DNA of 64,000 nucleotides. It comes from Tannerellaceae bacterium (GTDB lineage: Bacteria; Bacteroidota; Bacteroidia; Bacteroidales; Tannerellaceae). How positions within the stretch are numbered: the first letter of the stretch is position 1; each line of letters begins with the position of its first letter. Below, in pieces: positions 1-8,946 of this stretch. A model generated the notes under the pieces. That model was given only the letters and a program-made list of their open reading frames with translations, was not told where the DNA came from and did no database searches. The stretch covers positions 211 to 64,210 of the forward strand of contig JAISXD010000041.1 in NCBI GenBank assembly GCA_031270665.1. Direction: 5' to 3'. A program made the translations under genes and the position numbers.

Positions 1-11
1 GGAGTATACCG

Positions 12-1004
12 ATGGCGCTGGCGCTTGTCGTTTGCAGTTGCACCGTTTCCACCGAAACGGAGAAATACCAGCGCAGACGCAACAATATTATTGACGTCAG
101 GGATAAAATAACAGAAATCAAAATAGACGACCCGATACTAAATTCGCTAAACAGGTTATACCTGATAGAGGATTATTTAATTATCCAGGATTTTCAAGCT
201 CTGGATAAACTAATCCATCTGTTTGATAAAAACGACTTCAGCTATGTAACCGGCGTTGGGTACCGGGGGCAGGGGCCGGATGAACTAACCAATATGGGAT
301 ACATCACTGTGGATAAAGCCCGCCATTCCTTTTACGTAAACGACTATGGCAAACAGAAAATATTCGTCTATCACTTAGACAGCGTATTAAGCAATCCCGC
401 CTATGCCCCGGAAGTAAAAATGGAAATAAATGAAACAATCTTCCCCTCTCGTTTTCAACTGATAAACGACTCCATAGCCATTTGCCGGATTATAGAACCC
501 ATCGGAACGAATAATTTTAAACCCATGCCGGGGAAAATGAATATGAATACGGGCGAGATCACGCTTATGAAATATGAGCATCCCAAGATTAAAACAGACC
601 GGAAACGGAGCAGCGTCGCCGCTTCCATAGAGCATGGACTGTATGCGGAGTATTACGAAAGGTTCGACCTGATGACGCTCTGCACGCTGGACGGCGATTT
701 AATCTGCAATATCTACGGCCCCGGCTGGAAAAATGACGACAGGAGGACTAAATATTATCAGAACGTGGTATTTTGCGGCGATAAGATTTACGCAAGCTAT
801 TCGGGAGGAAAGCCTTTCGACGAACAAATGCGATCTATCCAGGGCACTAAGATCATTGTTTTTGATATGCAGGGCAACTATATCCATACGCTGGAAACCG
901 GGCTGCATATCTCGGATTTTTGTTACGACGGCGACAATAACCGCCTCCTCTTATCCCAATACGCCGGCGACAACGACATCCAGTTTGCCTATTTGCCGCT
1001 TTAA
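12..1004 (+). CDS. Lipoprotein, BF3164-like / 6-bladed beta-propeller family; true start may lie before the window
   Basis: Lipobox-like LVVCSC, GQGPDEL motif, C-terminal VFDMQGNYIHTLET...FCYDGDNNRL typical of Bacteroidetes propeller lipoproteins; frame is open back to the window edge. Confidence 0.75.
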   Translation: MALALVVCSCTVSTETEKYQRRRNNIIDVRDKITEIKIDDPILNSLNRLYLIEDYLIIQDFQALDKLIHLFDKNDFSYVTGVGYRGQGPDELTNMGYITVDKARHSFYVNDYGKQKIFVYHLDSVLSNPAYAPEVKMEINETIFPSRFQLINDSIAICRIIEPIGTNNFKPMPGKMNMNTGEITLMKYEHPKIKTDRKRSSVAASIEHGLYAEYYERFDLMTLCTLDGDLICNIYGPGWKNDDRRTKYYQNVVFCGDKIYASYSGGKPFDEQMRSIQGTKIIVFDMQGNYIHTLETGLHISDFCYDGDNNRLLLSQYAGDNDIQFAYLPL

Positions 1005-1918
1005 TGCAGATGCCGGTGGATAAGAAAAGGGATAAACTGCTTCGGGCCGGCACGAATATATTGTTTTACCTGTGCATGGCCGTGATTGGCTGGTTGTTCC
1101 TGCAGGTGTTTTTCTTTGCTTCCTTCAAAACGCCGACGGGGTCGATGGCGCCGGAACTATTGCCGGGAGATTATGTGCTGGTCAATAAGCTGATCTTTGG
1201 CGCGAGGTTGTTTAATCCCCTGCCGGCCTTACGTCTGGAGCAGGTAGACATTTACCGGGCGCCGGGCATAAGGAACATTCGCCGGGGCGATGTAGTCGTC
1301 TTCAACGCCCCTTATCCACATACGCAGGAACGAATGGAAATGCATATCCTGAAATATTTTGTCAAGCGTTGCGTCGGCTTGCCCGGCGACAGCCTGCTGA
1401 TAGAGAACGGCTACTACCGGGTAAAAGGCGTGGACGAACCCTTAGGGAACGTGGCGGAGCAGGGGAAGCGTAGCGTTCATCCGAAAGACAGTTTGTGGTG
1501 GAGTTTTGACGAACCTGTCCTGAATTGTTTCCCCGACGATTCGATTATAAGCTGGAACGCCGAGAATTTCGGGCCTCTCTATATCCCTCGAAAGGGCGAT
1601 ACCGTTCTGATGAATCGTGACAGCTACGTCTTATACAAGACGCTGATTGAATGGGAGACGAAAGGTTTGCTGACTTTTCAGGATTCGACGGTTTACCTGA
1701 ATAATCGCCCCACCCGGGCCTATACCTTTCGTTCCGACTATTATTTCATGGCAGGCGACAATGTTAACGATTCATGGGACTCGCGCTATTGGGGCCTGGC
1801 GCCGGCAGAGTATATCGTAGGCAACGTATGGCTGATATGGAAGTCCGTCGACCCCTATACAGGCAAGGAGCGCCGGGAACGCTGGATGAAACAGGTAGCG
1901 CCCTACAGATTTAAATAA
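1004..1918 (+). CDS. lepB: Signal peptidase I (S26), accessory copy
   Basis: N-terminal TM helix, catalytic Ser box TGSMAPEL, Lys box FVKRCVGLPGD, box E GDNVNDSWDSRYWG; TAATG overlap with the upstream gene. Confidence 0.93.
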   Translation: MQMPVDKKRDKLLRAGTNILFYLCMAVIGWLFLQVFFFASFKTPTGSMAPELLPGDYVLVNKLIFGARLFNPLPALRLEQVDIYRAPGIRNIRRGDVVVFNAPYPHTQERMEMHILKYFVKRCVGLPGDSLLIENGYYRVKGVDEPLGNVAEQGKRSVHPKDSLWWSFDEPVLNCFPDDSIISWNAENFGPLYIPRKGDTVLMNRDSYVLYKTLIEWETKGLLTFQDSTVYLNNRPTRAYTFRSDYYFMAGDNVNDSWDSRYWGLAPAEYIVGNVWLIWKSVDPYTGKERRERWMKQVAPYRFK

Positions 1919-2020
1919 ACAACACGAATAGAGACGTCTGCTTATAAATCCTGTCAGGAAATCAATTCATGTTTTCTAAAAAAAGTGTCAGCATCAAGAG
2001 CGATTATCCGGTGAAAAAGA

Positions 2021-2061
2021 AAAAAAACCTGTCTTCCGGCAGGCGGAGGACAGGTTTTTTT
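2021..2061. terminator. Bidirectional intrinsic terminator
   Basis: A7-CCTGTCTTCCG-gcagg-CGGAGGACAGG-T7 between convergent genes. Confidence 0.9.
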
Positions 2062-2083
2062 ATGGCGGATTACCCCGGGGGGC

Positions 2084-2554
2084 CTACTTTTTGGCATTCA
2101 GTTCGGCCCGGAGGCGTTCTATTTCGAGGCGCTAGCATTCTACTTCCTGCACCTGAGCTTCGAAGTCTGCGTGATGCTGGCTGTCGAGGCGGGCGGCAAA
2201 GTCTTCCGTGCTGAAGGGCATGGTAAAGGTGGGCGAGCTGCCGAATACCGGTTCGTCGTCTACGTGCCTGAGGAAGGCGGCCTTGATAACGAACTGCCGC
2301 CCGTGCGAGCCTTCGGGCATGCGGATGTTGTTGTGCAGGCGCGGCGTTAGTTGCCGGTATATTTCCCTGTCTTCGTCTGCGGAAGTGATTACGATAACGG
2401 CCTGGCTCACTCCCTGGGGCCATCCGTGCATTAGCTGCGCGGTATTTTCGCCGGCCGGTCTATCACCACGCGGATGAAGTCTTCGTTCTGCACGCTTACT
2501 TTCACTTCCGCCCGGGCCGTGACGGATTTTATTTGTTCCGTGAGTTTTTTTCAT
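2084..2554 (-). pseudogene. Degraded gene of unknown function with two compensating frameshifts and a premature TAG
   Basis: ATG at 2554 followed by A7; A6 would give MKKLTEQIKSVTARAEVKVSVQNEDFIRVVIDR. Second shift near 2455 in a CCGG repeat. TAG at 2132-2134 is followed in frame by RLEIERLRAELNAKK and a stop at 2084. Confidence 0.65.
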
Positions 2555-2609
2555 TTCTTCCTTGTTTATTTTTCTTTCATCCCTGTTCATTTTCATTTTT
2601 TCATTAGAT

Positions 2610-2636
2610 TTTCCTTTTTCCGGGGAAAAAAGGAAA
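2610..2636 (-). terminator. Hairpin at the 3' end of the PUL, possible terminator
   Basis: TTTCCTTTTT...AAAAAGGAAA inverted repeat 69 nt downstream of the cupin stop. Confidence 0.4.
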
Positions 2637-2704
2637 CCGCAGAGGCAGCCTAGGATAAAGACTGCGCTCTCGCTATCGGGTCTTCAACGTATGAAAACGG
2701 CTTT

Positions 2705-3046
2705 CTATCTTACGAAGTCGAGCCGTATGGGGCTAAAGGTATCTATCAATACGCCGGCTTCGAGGCAAAGTACGCCATGCTGAACGCCGGGGGCAACGTA
2801 AAAGCCATCCCCGGCGTTCAGCGTTTGCTTTTCGCCGTTGATTTGTACTTCAAACGTTCCGCTTGCCACGTAGCTTGCCTGCGAATGAATATGTTCGTGC
2901 AACGGGCCAATCGCGCCTTGGCTGAATTGTACCTTTACGAGCATCAACTGCCCGTCGTAACCGAGTACCTGACGGGATACACCAGCTCCTGCCGGTTCCC
3001 AGGGAGCGGCTTCGGCCGGAATGAAATTTCTGCTTTTTGTTTTCAT
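2705..3046 (-). CDS. kdgF: Cupin, KdgF-like (linearises 4,5-unsaturated uronates)
   Basis: RQVLGYDGQLMLVKVQF, HEHIHSQ metal motif, QHGVLCLEAGVLIDTFSPIR; lies directly downstream of a lyase. Confidence 0.8.
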   Translation of the reverse strand: MKTKSRNFIPAEAAPWEPAGAGVSRQVLGYDGQLMLVKVQFSQGAIGPLHEHIHSQASYVASGTFEVQINGEKQTLNAGDGFYVAPGVQHGVLCLEAGVLIDTFSPIRLDFVR

Positions 3047-3078
3047 AAAAATATAATTGGATCTTTTCTTTTTTTTGT

Positions 3079-5139
3079 TCAGGTTTTCGAGAAGATGACT
3101 TCTTTTTCCTGAAATTCACAGGCATATGCCTTTCCTTTCACCGTGTAGCGGATGACGGGGTATTTCCCGCTTTCGTCCAGCGATACGTCAAATCCTTTCA
3201 GCTCGCCGGGGTAGAAGGCCGTTCCGATTACCGTGCCGGCCGAAGGCGCCTGGAGGGTAAGGTAAAGGCAGGGTATTGCCTGTACCGGATCGTCTTTCAC
3301 TACCCTTACGGCGTACTGCGTTTGCGAGGTCAGACGGAATGGCGTATTGAGCAGGGGGCGCATCTCCATCGCGGTTTGACCGGATTTTCCGGTGAAACGG
3401 ACCGTTTTCCCGTCGCTGTTCACCGTTGCGGCGGCTACGGGGTGGAAGAGCGCGTCTATTTTGTCTCCTCTGTTGCAGGCCACACGGTCGAGTATGAGTA
3501 CAATATCGTTTTCCTTGTCGAGCACTATCGTGCGTTTCCACTCTTTCAGTTGTTTGCCCGGATAGGCCTTCGTAGCATCCATGATGGTATAATCGCAGTC
3601 TGGCGAGGCGTCGAAGCGTTCTATCTTTCCGCCGATATCTTTCCGCCGGGGCTGGTCTTTGCGTTTGGCTATCATTTGCTCTTCACCGTTCACATGCACT
3701 ACGTTATGTCCGAGGCTTCGCACGTAAAGATAGTCGAAGCGCAGGTCGTTGAAGAAAAATTGGTCGTAGAAGCGCTGTTCTACCTCGCCCACTATAACGT
3801 CGGCGTTGCGGGTAAGGATGAACGAGCCGGCATCAAGGTGCCCGTGGTGCGGGTCGTCGGCAGGGGCGCATTTTACGGCCACCTGCACGCCTTCGTCAAA
3901 ATCCCTGCGCATGAAGGCCCAGTCGATACTTGGGAAATAGTTGGAGGCGACGGGCGGTTTCACGGCTTTCACGTCCGTAGGGCGCGACCAGATAAGCTCC
4001 CACATGCTGTGCGAGCGGTTTTTGCCGCTCAGGTAGGTTTGCAGGTAGTACATGGCTGTTTCGTCGCGCGATTCCGTTACCAGTTTGTTGTATGTATAGG
4101 AGAATCCTACCGGGCCTGCCGCCGCCCCGTCGTTGAAAGCGCCGGTGAGGCCGAACAGGGCGAAGTCTGCCGGATGTTTCCAGCCGGGCGCGTCGAAAAG
4201 ATCAAGCTTGTTTCCGGTCAGCCGTTTGACGGCGTCGGGGAATGCAATGGCGTCGCGTATGCCGTAGAAAGCGTAGGAACGCCCTTCGGCCCATCCGTTG
4301 TCGTCACCGTAGTTACTTACCATTTTAGCGAATCCTTCGCAACTGCGGGCTACAACGTCCGTCAGGTTGGGGTCTTCGGTCAGCAGCGACAGCGCAGCCA
4401 GGCCAACGCCGCCATAGCAGATTGCCGCCCAGTTGCATTTTTCGGCCGAGGCCCACCAGTGATATTCCCAGCTTCCCCGCACGCGCAGGATGGCGTTTTC
4501 CAGCAATCCGCCCCGTATGCGGTCGCGTTGCGCCTTGTTTATCGCCGGATAAATCCAATCATACACCAGCGCCAGCCCCAAGGCGCAGTCGCCCGTTGAG
4601 ATGTCGAACGAAAAGACCACTTCGTCGTCCCCGGCGCCGTAAGGCCATACCCGCGGATAGATAACGTCAAACCGGTGAGCGCCGGCTACCCAGCCTTCCA
4701 ACTCGCATAATTTGTCGGCATAGCGAAACGCTTTCTGCGCATATGCCTCATCATCCGTCATTTGATAAAGGAAAGCAAGTAACTGGGCACCACCCAGGTA
4801 AAAACCCATATACGATTCCCACGACGGTAGCTGGTAGTATCGCGACGCCGGATCGTTGAACACTTTCTGCGGCTCGGCAGTATTGAGCATGATGCGGCGG
4901 CCCTGCTGGAGCAGCAAGTCCATGATTTGCGCATATTCAGGGTCGTTTTTAACCCTGTCGAGCATGGCTTGTTTGCTCCGGTTGTCGAACAGCAGGTAAG
5001 GATGTTCCCATTTCCCGTCTGCAATGGTTTCGCTGATGGCCAGGTAGTCCGGCCCGGAAGTGCCCTTGCCGTGCCCGGCAAAAAGCAGTGTGGGGACGAT
5101 ACACAAGCAGCATAACGCGTATTTTATGTTCTTTCTCAT
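3079..5139 (-). CDS. Heparinase II/III-family polysaccharide lyase with a DUF4962-like N-terminus
   Basis: Signal peptide, HPYLLFD start, helical region with NW and WAEGRSY, HHGHLDAGSF and HNVVHVNG motifs, WKRTIV beta-domain. Confidence 0.8.
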   Translation of the reverse strand: MRKNIKYALCCLCIVPTLLFAGHGKGTSGPDYLAISETIADGKWEHPYLLFDNRSKQAMLDRVKNDPEYAQIMDLLLQQGRRIMLNTAEPQKVFNDPASRYYQLPSWESYMGFYLGGAQLLAFLYQMTDDEAYAQKAFRYADKLCELEGWVAGAHRFDVIYPRVWPYGAGDDEVVFSFDISTGDCALGLALVYDWIYPAINKAQRDRIRGGLLENAILRVRGSWEYHWWASAEKCNWAAICYGGVGLAALSLLTEDPNLTDVVARSCEGFAKMVSNYGDDNGWAEGRSYAFYGIRDAIAFPDAVKRLTGNKLDLFDAPGWKHPADFALFGLTGAFNDGAAAGPVGFSYTYNKLVTESRDETAMYYLQTYLSGKNRSHSMWELIWSRPTDVKAVKPPVASNYFPSIDWAFMRRDFDEGVQVAVKCAPADDPHHGHLDAGSFILTRNADVIVGEVEQRFYDQFFFNDLRFDYLYVRSLGHNVVHVNGEEQMIAKRKDQPRRKDIGGKIERFDASPDCDYTIMDATKAYPGKQLKEWKRTIVLDKENDIVLILDRVACNRGDKIDALFHPVAAATVNSDGKTVRFTGKSGQTAMEMRPLLNTPFRLTSQTQYAVRVVKDDPVQAIPCLYLTLQAPSAGTVIGTAFYPGELKGFDVSLDESGKYPVIRYTVKGKAYACEFQEKEVIFSKT

Positions 5140-5141
5140 GA

Positions 5142-5918
5142 TTACAACTTTCCTTCAGGCGTTTTGTTATTTTTCGTTTTCACGTTTTTGGACCGGAAGG
5201 TTTGGATTGCTCTACCCGATACGTGGATAAAGTTATCGATCACCGCTATATTTTCGCAGCGCCGGATAACGATTCCGGCGCTTGCTGGCGTTTGCCGGTT
5301 ATTTATCAGCAGCCTCACCGTTTCTACATCCGTACAGTCCGTCAGCGTTACCGCGTTTGCGGCAGCGTCTTCAAGCATCAGCCCAGTGATTTTTACGCCG
5401 CTGCATCCCGAAAAGCTGATCAAGGCCGGGGCAGCCTGGGCGGGGCTTTCGTCAAGGTAGCCTTTGGCAATCTGCTTCCTGGCGTTTTCAATAACCTTGG
5501 CGCCCTGTCCCTGGATGATACCATTGCCGGTAACGTTTGTATTGAGTTCGCGTTCGGCTGTAGAGCCTGCTATGCCGATATTTTTCTGCCCTTCGGCTAC
5601 GATGATACCTTTCGGCGCTCCTGCCGGGCCGGCGTAATCGTAGACGGAGGGAACGCCCACAAGCGTAGCGCCCTCGTGCAGTATGATCGTTACGTTATCT
5701 TTCAAAAAGACCGTACCTGTGAGGTAGCGTCCTACATAGAAGTGCAGCATGCCGCCGCCGCGGCTGCTAATGGTGTTAATAGCCGTTTGTATGGATTGCG
5801 TGTTGAGCGTAACGCCGTCGGACATACAACCGAACAGGGAGGCTTTGTAGTCTGCCTGCGCCGGTAGGTTTGGCGCAGACGTTATGATGAGGAACAGGCA
5901 GATAATAAAGTTTTTCAT
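5142..5918 (-). CDS. Short GH28-like beta-helix protein lacking the catalytic aspartates
   Basis: N-terminus parallels the adjacent GH28s (DYKASLFG..SDGVTLNTQSIQTAI..HFYVGRYLTGT); the NNDGID and DDAIC positions read ASAGIV and GRAIQ; 258 aa. Confidence 0.7.
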   Translation of the reverse strand: MKNFIICLFLIITSAPNLPAQADYKASLFGCMSDGVTLNTQSIQTAINTISSRGGGMLHFYVGRYLTGTVFLKDNVTIILHEGATLVGVPSVYDYAGPAGAPKGIIVAEGQKNIGIAGSTAERELNTNVTGNGIIQGQGAKVIENARKQIAKGYLDESPAQAAPALISFSGCSGVKITGLMLEDAAANAVTLTDCTDVETVRLLINNRQTPASAGIVIRRCENIAVIDNFIHVSGRAIQTFRSKNVKTKNNKTPEGKL

Positions 5919-5943
5919 TTTTTTTGAAACAGGTTTAAGCGAT

Positions 5944-7425
5944 TTATTGTATGTTGATATTGGCTGATTTATACGTAAAGATTTGCTCCTTTCCCTGCGC
6001 GTCCGGTTCGCTGAAGGTAACGCCGGCGAAGGTGCCCCCGTTTACGTCGTCGAGCACAACGGCCGGCCGGTAATCTGTATCCTGCGCCCTGAAGGAGACG
6101 TTTTTAAGCCGTATACCGTCGGCATGGCGGACGTAAAGCCCCCATGCGGGAAGTTCCCTGAACTGCGAAAATTCGGGATAGCTTTTTTCCATTTCGGGGA
6201 TACCGTCAAGCTCGCGGGCGGTTAGCCCCACCCGGGCATAAAGTGAATCACCCCGGCCGGGATAAACCATCTCGATATTTTCGAGGGTGACGTTTTCTAT
6301 TCGCATGCCGGGTAACCCAACGATGCTTGCCGGCGAGATGTTACGCGGATAGTCTTCTACCGGCCCTTCGTAATTGTAACCTGCGTCTGGTTTGGTATAA
6401 GGCACTTCGGCATAGACATTACGGATAGTCACGTTTTTGAGAGAAGGCGCTTTGCCGCTGTTAAAACGGTTGCCTATACGGAGGAAAAGCACGTTGCCGG
6501 TGTTGACAGACCAAACGCCGTCTACTTCAATGTTCTCAATCTGCCCGCCATCTACGGAGGCGAAAGTAATAGCCGAGCGGAAGGTATCGTAAACTGTGAG
6601 GCCGGTTACTTTCACGTTGCGGAATCCACCACGCGATGCGGTACCGAATTTCAGGCCGCTAGCGCTTGAGCGGGCAGTACAGTTGCTTACCGTGATATTT
6701 TGGCAGATGGCGCCGGCGTCGTGCGACTTCAGGCAGATGGCGTCGTCGGCAGCGTCGAAGAAGGAATCCCTGACTACTGCGCCGTCGCAGTCTACAATAT
6801 CAATCCCGTCGTTGTTCCAGTAAGATTTGCTGTCTACGCTGATACGCTCCACCAGCAGGTCTTTGCACTGGTCGTAGGTTTGATTCCAGCTTGCAGGGTC
6901 TTTCATCGTAACGTCGCTGACCACCACATGTGTACATTCGCGGAAGTGGATATTTTCCGGCCGGTTGGTTTCGCCTGGCCGGTCATTCCGCAGCGGATCG
7001 TCATACAGCCCTTTCTGAATATATTTAATCATATTATTGGCCGTGGAGAATCCGCGCCCGTTGATGACGCCTTTCCCCGTAATGCCGACGTTTTCCTGTT
7101 TGATGGCGAATATCATTGCTTTCCATCCTACATAGGGGTCTTTCACATAGTCCCACGGATTGGTAGAACCCAGCAGTGTGGCGCCCTGTTTGAGGTGGAG
7201 CGTTACGTTCGATTTCAGGTAAATGCTGCCGGTGACGTATGTGCCCGGATAGAACACCAATCGTCCGCCGCCGTGGGCATGGATGTAGTCTATGGCATGC
7301 TGGATGACGCAAGTGTTCAGGAAAATACCGTCTGCCACAGCGCCAAACTCCCTCACGCTGTAATCTTTGGCCGAAAGTTGCAGGCAGGCGCCGAGTATCA
7401 GTATCTTAACGATATGTCTTATCAT
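5944..7425 (-). CDS. Glycoside hydrolase family 28
   Basis: Signal peptide; WNNDGIDIVDC and DAADDAICLKS motifs; beta-helix repeats. Confidence 0.88.
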   Translation of the reverse strand: MIRHIVKILILGACLQLSAKDYSVREFGAVADGIFLNTCVIQHAIDYIHAHGGGRLVFYPGTYVTGSIYLKSNVTLHLKQGATLLGSTNPWDYVKDPYVGWKAMIFAIKQENVGITGKGVINGRGFSTANNMIKYIQKGLYDDPLRNDRPGETNRPENIHFRECTHVVVSDVTMKDPASWNQTYDQCKDLLVERISVDSKSYWNNDGIDIVDCDGAVVRDSFFDAADDAICLKSHDAGAICQNITVSNCTARSSASGLKFGTASRGGFRNVKVTGLTVYDTFRSAITFASVDGGQIENIEVDGVWSVNTGNVLFLRIGNRFNSGKAPSLKNVTIRNVYAEVPYTKPDAGYNYEGPVEDYPRNISPASIVGLPGMRIENVTLENIEMVYPGRGDSLYARVGLTARELDGIPEMEKSYPEFSQFRELPAWGLYVRHADGIRLKNVSFRAQDTDYRPAVVLDDVNGGTFAGVTFSEPDAQGKEQIFTYKSANINIQ

Positions 7426-7440
7426 GGTTTATCTGTTTTA

Positions 7441-8925
7441 TTATTCGTGTATAATATTCGTTGATTTATAGGTATGCACCTGTTTTTTCCTGCCTCCCGC
7501 CGGCTCGTCATAAGCAACGTTTTGCAGCGTTATACCATCGGATTCCTGGATGACGACTGCCGGGCGGTAGTCTCGCTCTTTGGCTTTGAACGTAATGTTT
7601 TCGAATAGGACATTCTTCGCGTGCCGCACCCAGAAGGCCCAGGCAGGAAGCTCTGCGAACTGTGAAAATTCGGGATACGAGGCAGGCATTTCGGGAATGG
7701 AATCCAGATCGGCCGGTTTCAGTCCACGGAAGGCGTAGTGAGGATTGCCGCCGCCCGGATAGATGATCGTGATGTTGCGCAGGGTAATGTTTTCAACGTT
7801 GTGCCCGCCTTCAAGTCCGACGATGCTTGCCGGCGAGATGTTACGCGGATTGTCTTCTATCGGGCCTTCGTAGGGATAGCCCGCATCGGCCTTGACGGCC
7901 GGTATTTCGCAGTACATGTTCTGTATGACGACGTTTCGCAGCGTGCCTGCCGGGCGGCTCGTGTTGCGGGCGCCTATACGTAGGTAAATCGCGTTGCTCG
8001 TGTTGTAGGCGTAGAGGCTGTCAATAAGGATATTGTCGGCATAGCCGCCATCGGGAATGGCGATGGTAACAGCCGAGCGGTGCGTGTTGTAAACCTTGTT
8101 GTTGATGAGGCGGATGTTTTTATATCCCCCGGCCGATACGGTGCCGAACTTAATGGCACTGGCGCTCGAACGGGCAACACAATTGCGCACTTCGACGTTG
8201 TCGCTGGCCGCATTTGCATCGTGCGACTTGAAACATATCGCGTCGTCGGCCGCGTCGATAAACGAGTTGAGCAGCCGGAGGTTCCTGCAGTCTACGATGT
8301 CGATGCCGTCGTTGTTCCAGAAATCAAGCCCAAGCACGGTCACGCTGTCTATAAGCATGTTCTCGCACTGATCCGGCTCGAGGGTCCATCCCGCAGCGCT
8401 CTTGATGGTGACTCCCTTGATCATTACGTTTTTACATTCGCGGAGATATACGCCTTGCGGACGATAGCCGGGGCGGTCGTAACGGATGGGATCGGGAATA
8501 AGATCCTTTTGCTGTTGATCGAGGAAATTGTAGCACAATGCGCGTCCCTGTCCGTCGATAACACCCTGCCCTACAATCGCAATATGATCGGCCTGAAAAG
8601 CCGCTATGAACGCAGGCATCCGGACTTTTTCCACTTCGCGGTAATCGTAAGGATTGGTAGAACCTAACAGAATAGCGCCTTCGTGGAGATGGATAGTTAC
8701 GTTCGACTTGAGAAAGAGAGTCCCCGTGAGATATCTCCCCACGTAAAAATGCAGCGTGCCCCCACCCTTCTCGCTGATGTAATCAATCGCCTTCTGAATA
8801 GAAGTCGTGTTCAGCGTCGTGCCATTCGATTTGATTCCGAACAGCGACGCGTTATAGTCTTTGGCCGCAAGCGGCATCAGGCAACATGCGCTGAACAGCC
8901 AAACAAGAAATGTTTTTTTATACAT
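7441..8925 (-). CDS. Glycoside hydrolase family 28 (tandem paralog)
   Basis: WNNDGIDIVDC, DAADDAICFKS; clearly similar to 5944-7425. Confidence 0.88.
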   Translation of the reverse strand: MYKKTFLVWLFSACCLMPLAAKDYNASLFGIKSNGTTLNTTSIQKAIDYISEKGGGTLHFYVGRYLTGTLFLKSNVTIHLHEGAILLGSTNPYDYREVEKVRMPAFIAAFQADHIAIVGQGVIDGQGRALCYNFLDQQQKDLIPDPIRYDRPGYRPQGVYLRECKNVMIKGVTIKSAAGWTLEPDQCENMLIDSVTVLGLDFWNNDGIDIVDCRNLRLLNSFIDAADDAICFKSHDANAASDNVEVRNCVARSSASAIKFGTVSAGGYKNIRLINNKVYNTHRSAVTIAIPDGGYADNILIDSLYAYNTSNAIYLRIGARNTSRPAGTLRNVVIQNMYCEIPAVKADAGYPYEGPIEDNPRNISPASIVGLEGGHNVENITLRNITIIYPGGGNPHYAFRGLKPADLDSIPEMPASYPEFSQFAELPAWAFWVRHAKNVLFENITFKAKERDYRPAVVIQESDGITLQNVAYDEPAGGRKKQVHTYKSTNIIHE

Positions 8926-8946
8926 TATTTTTATCGTTTATAATTC

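Noticed and set aside
2132-2134. TAG readthrough or stop-codon reassignment
   Set aside because: TAG terminates intact genes here (GH29, susD, HTCS, GH2), and the gene has other lesions, so decay is the simpler explanation
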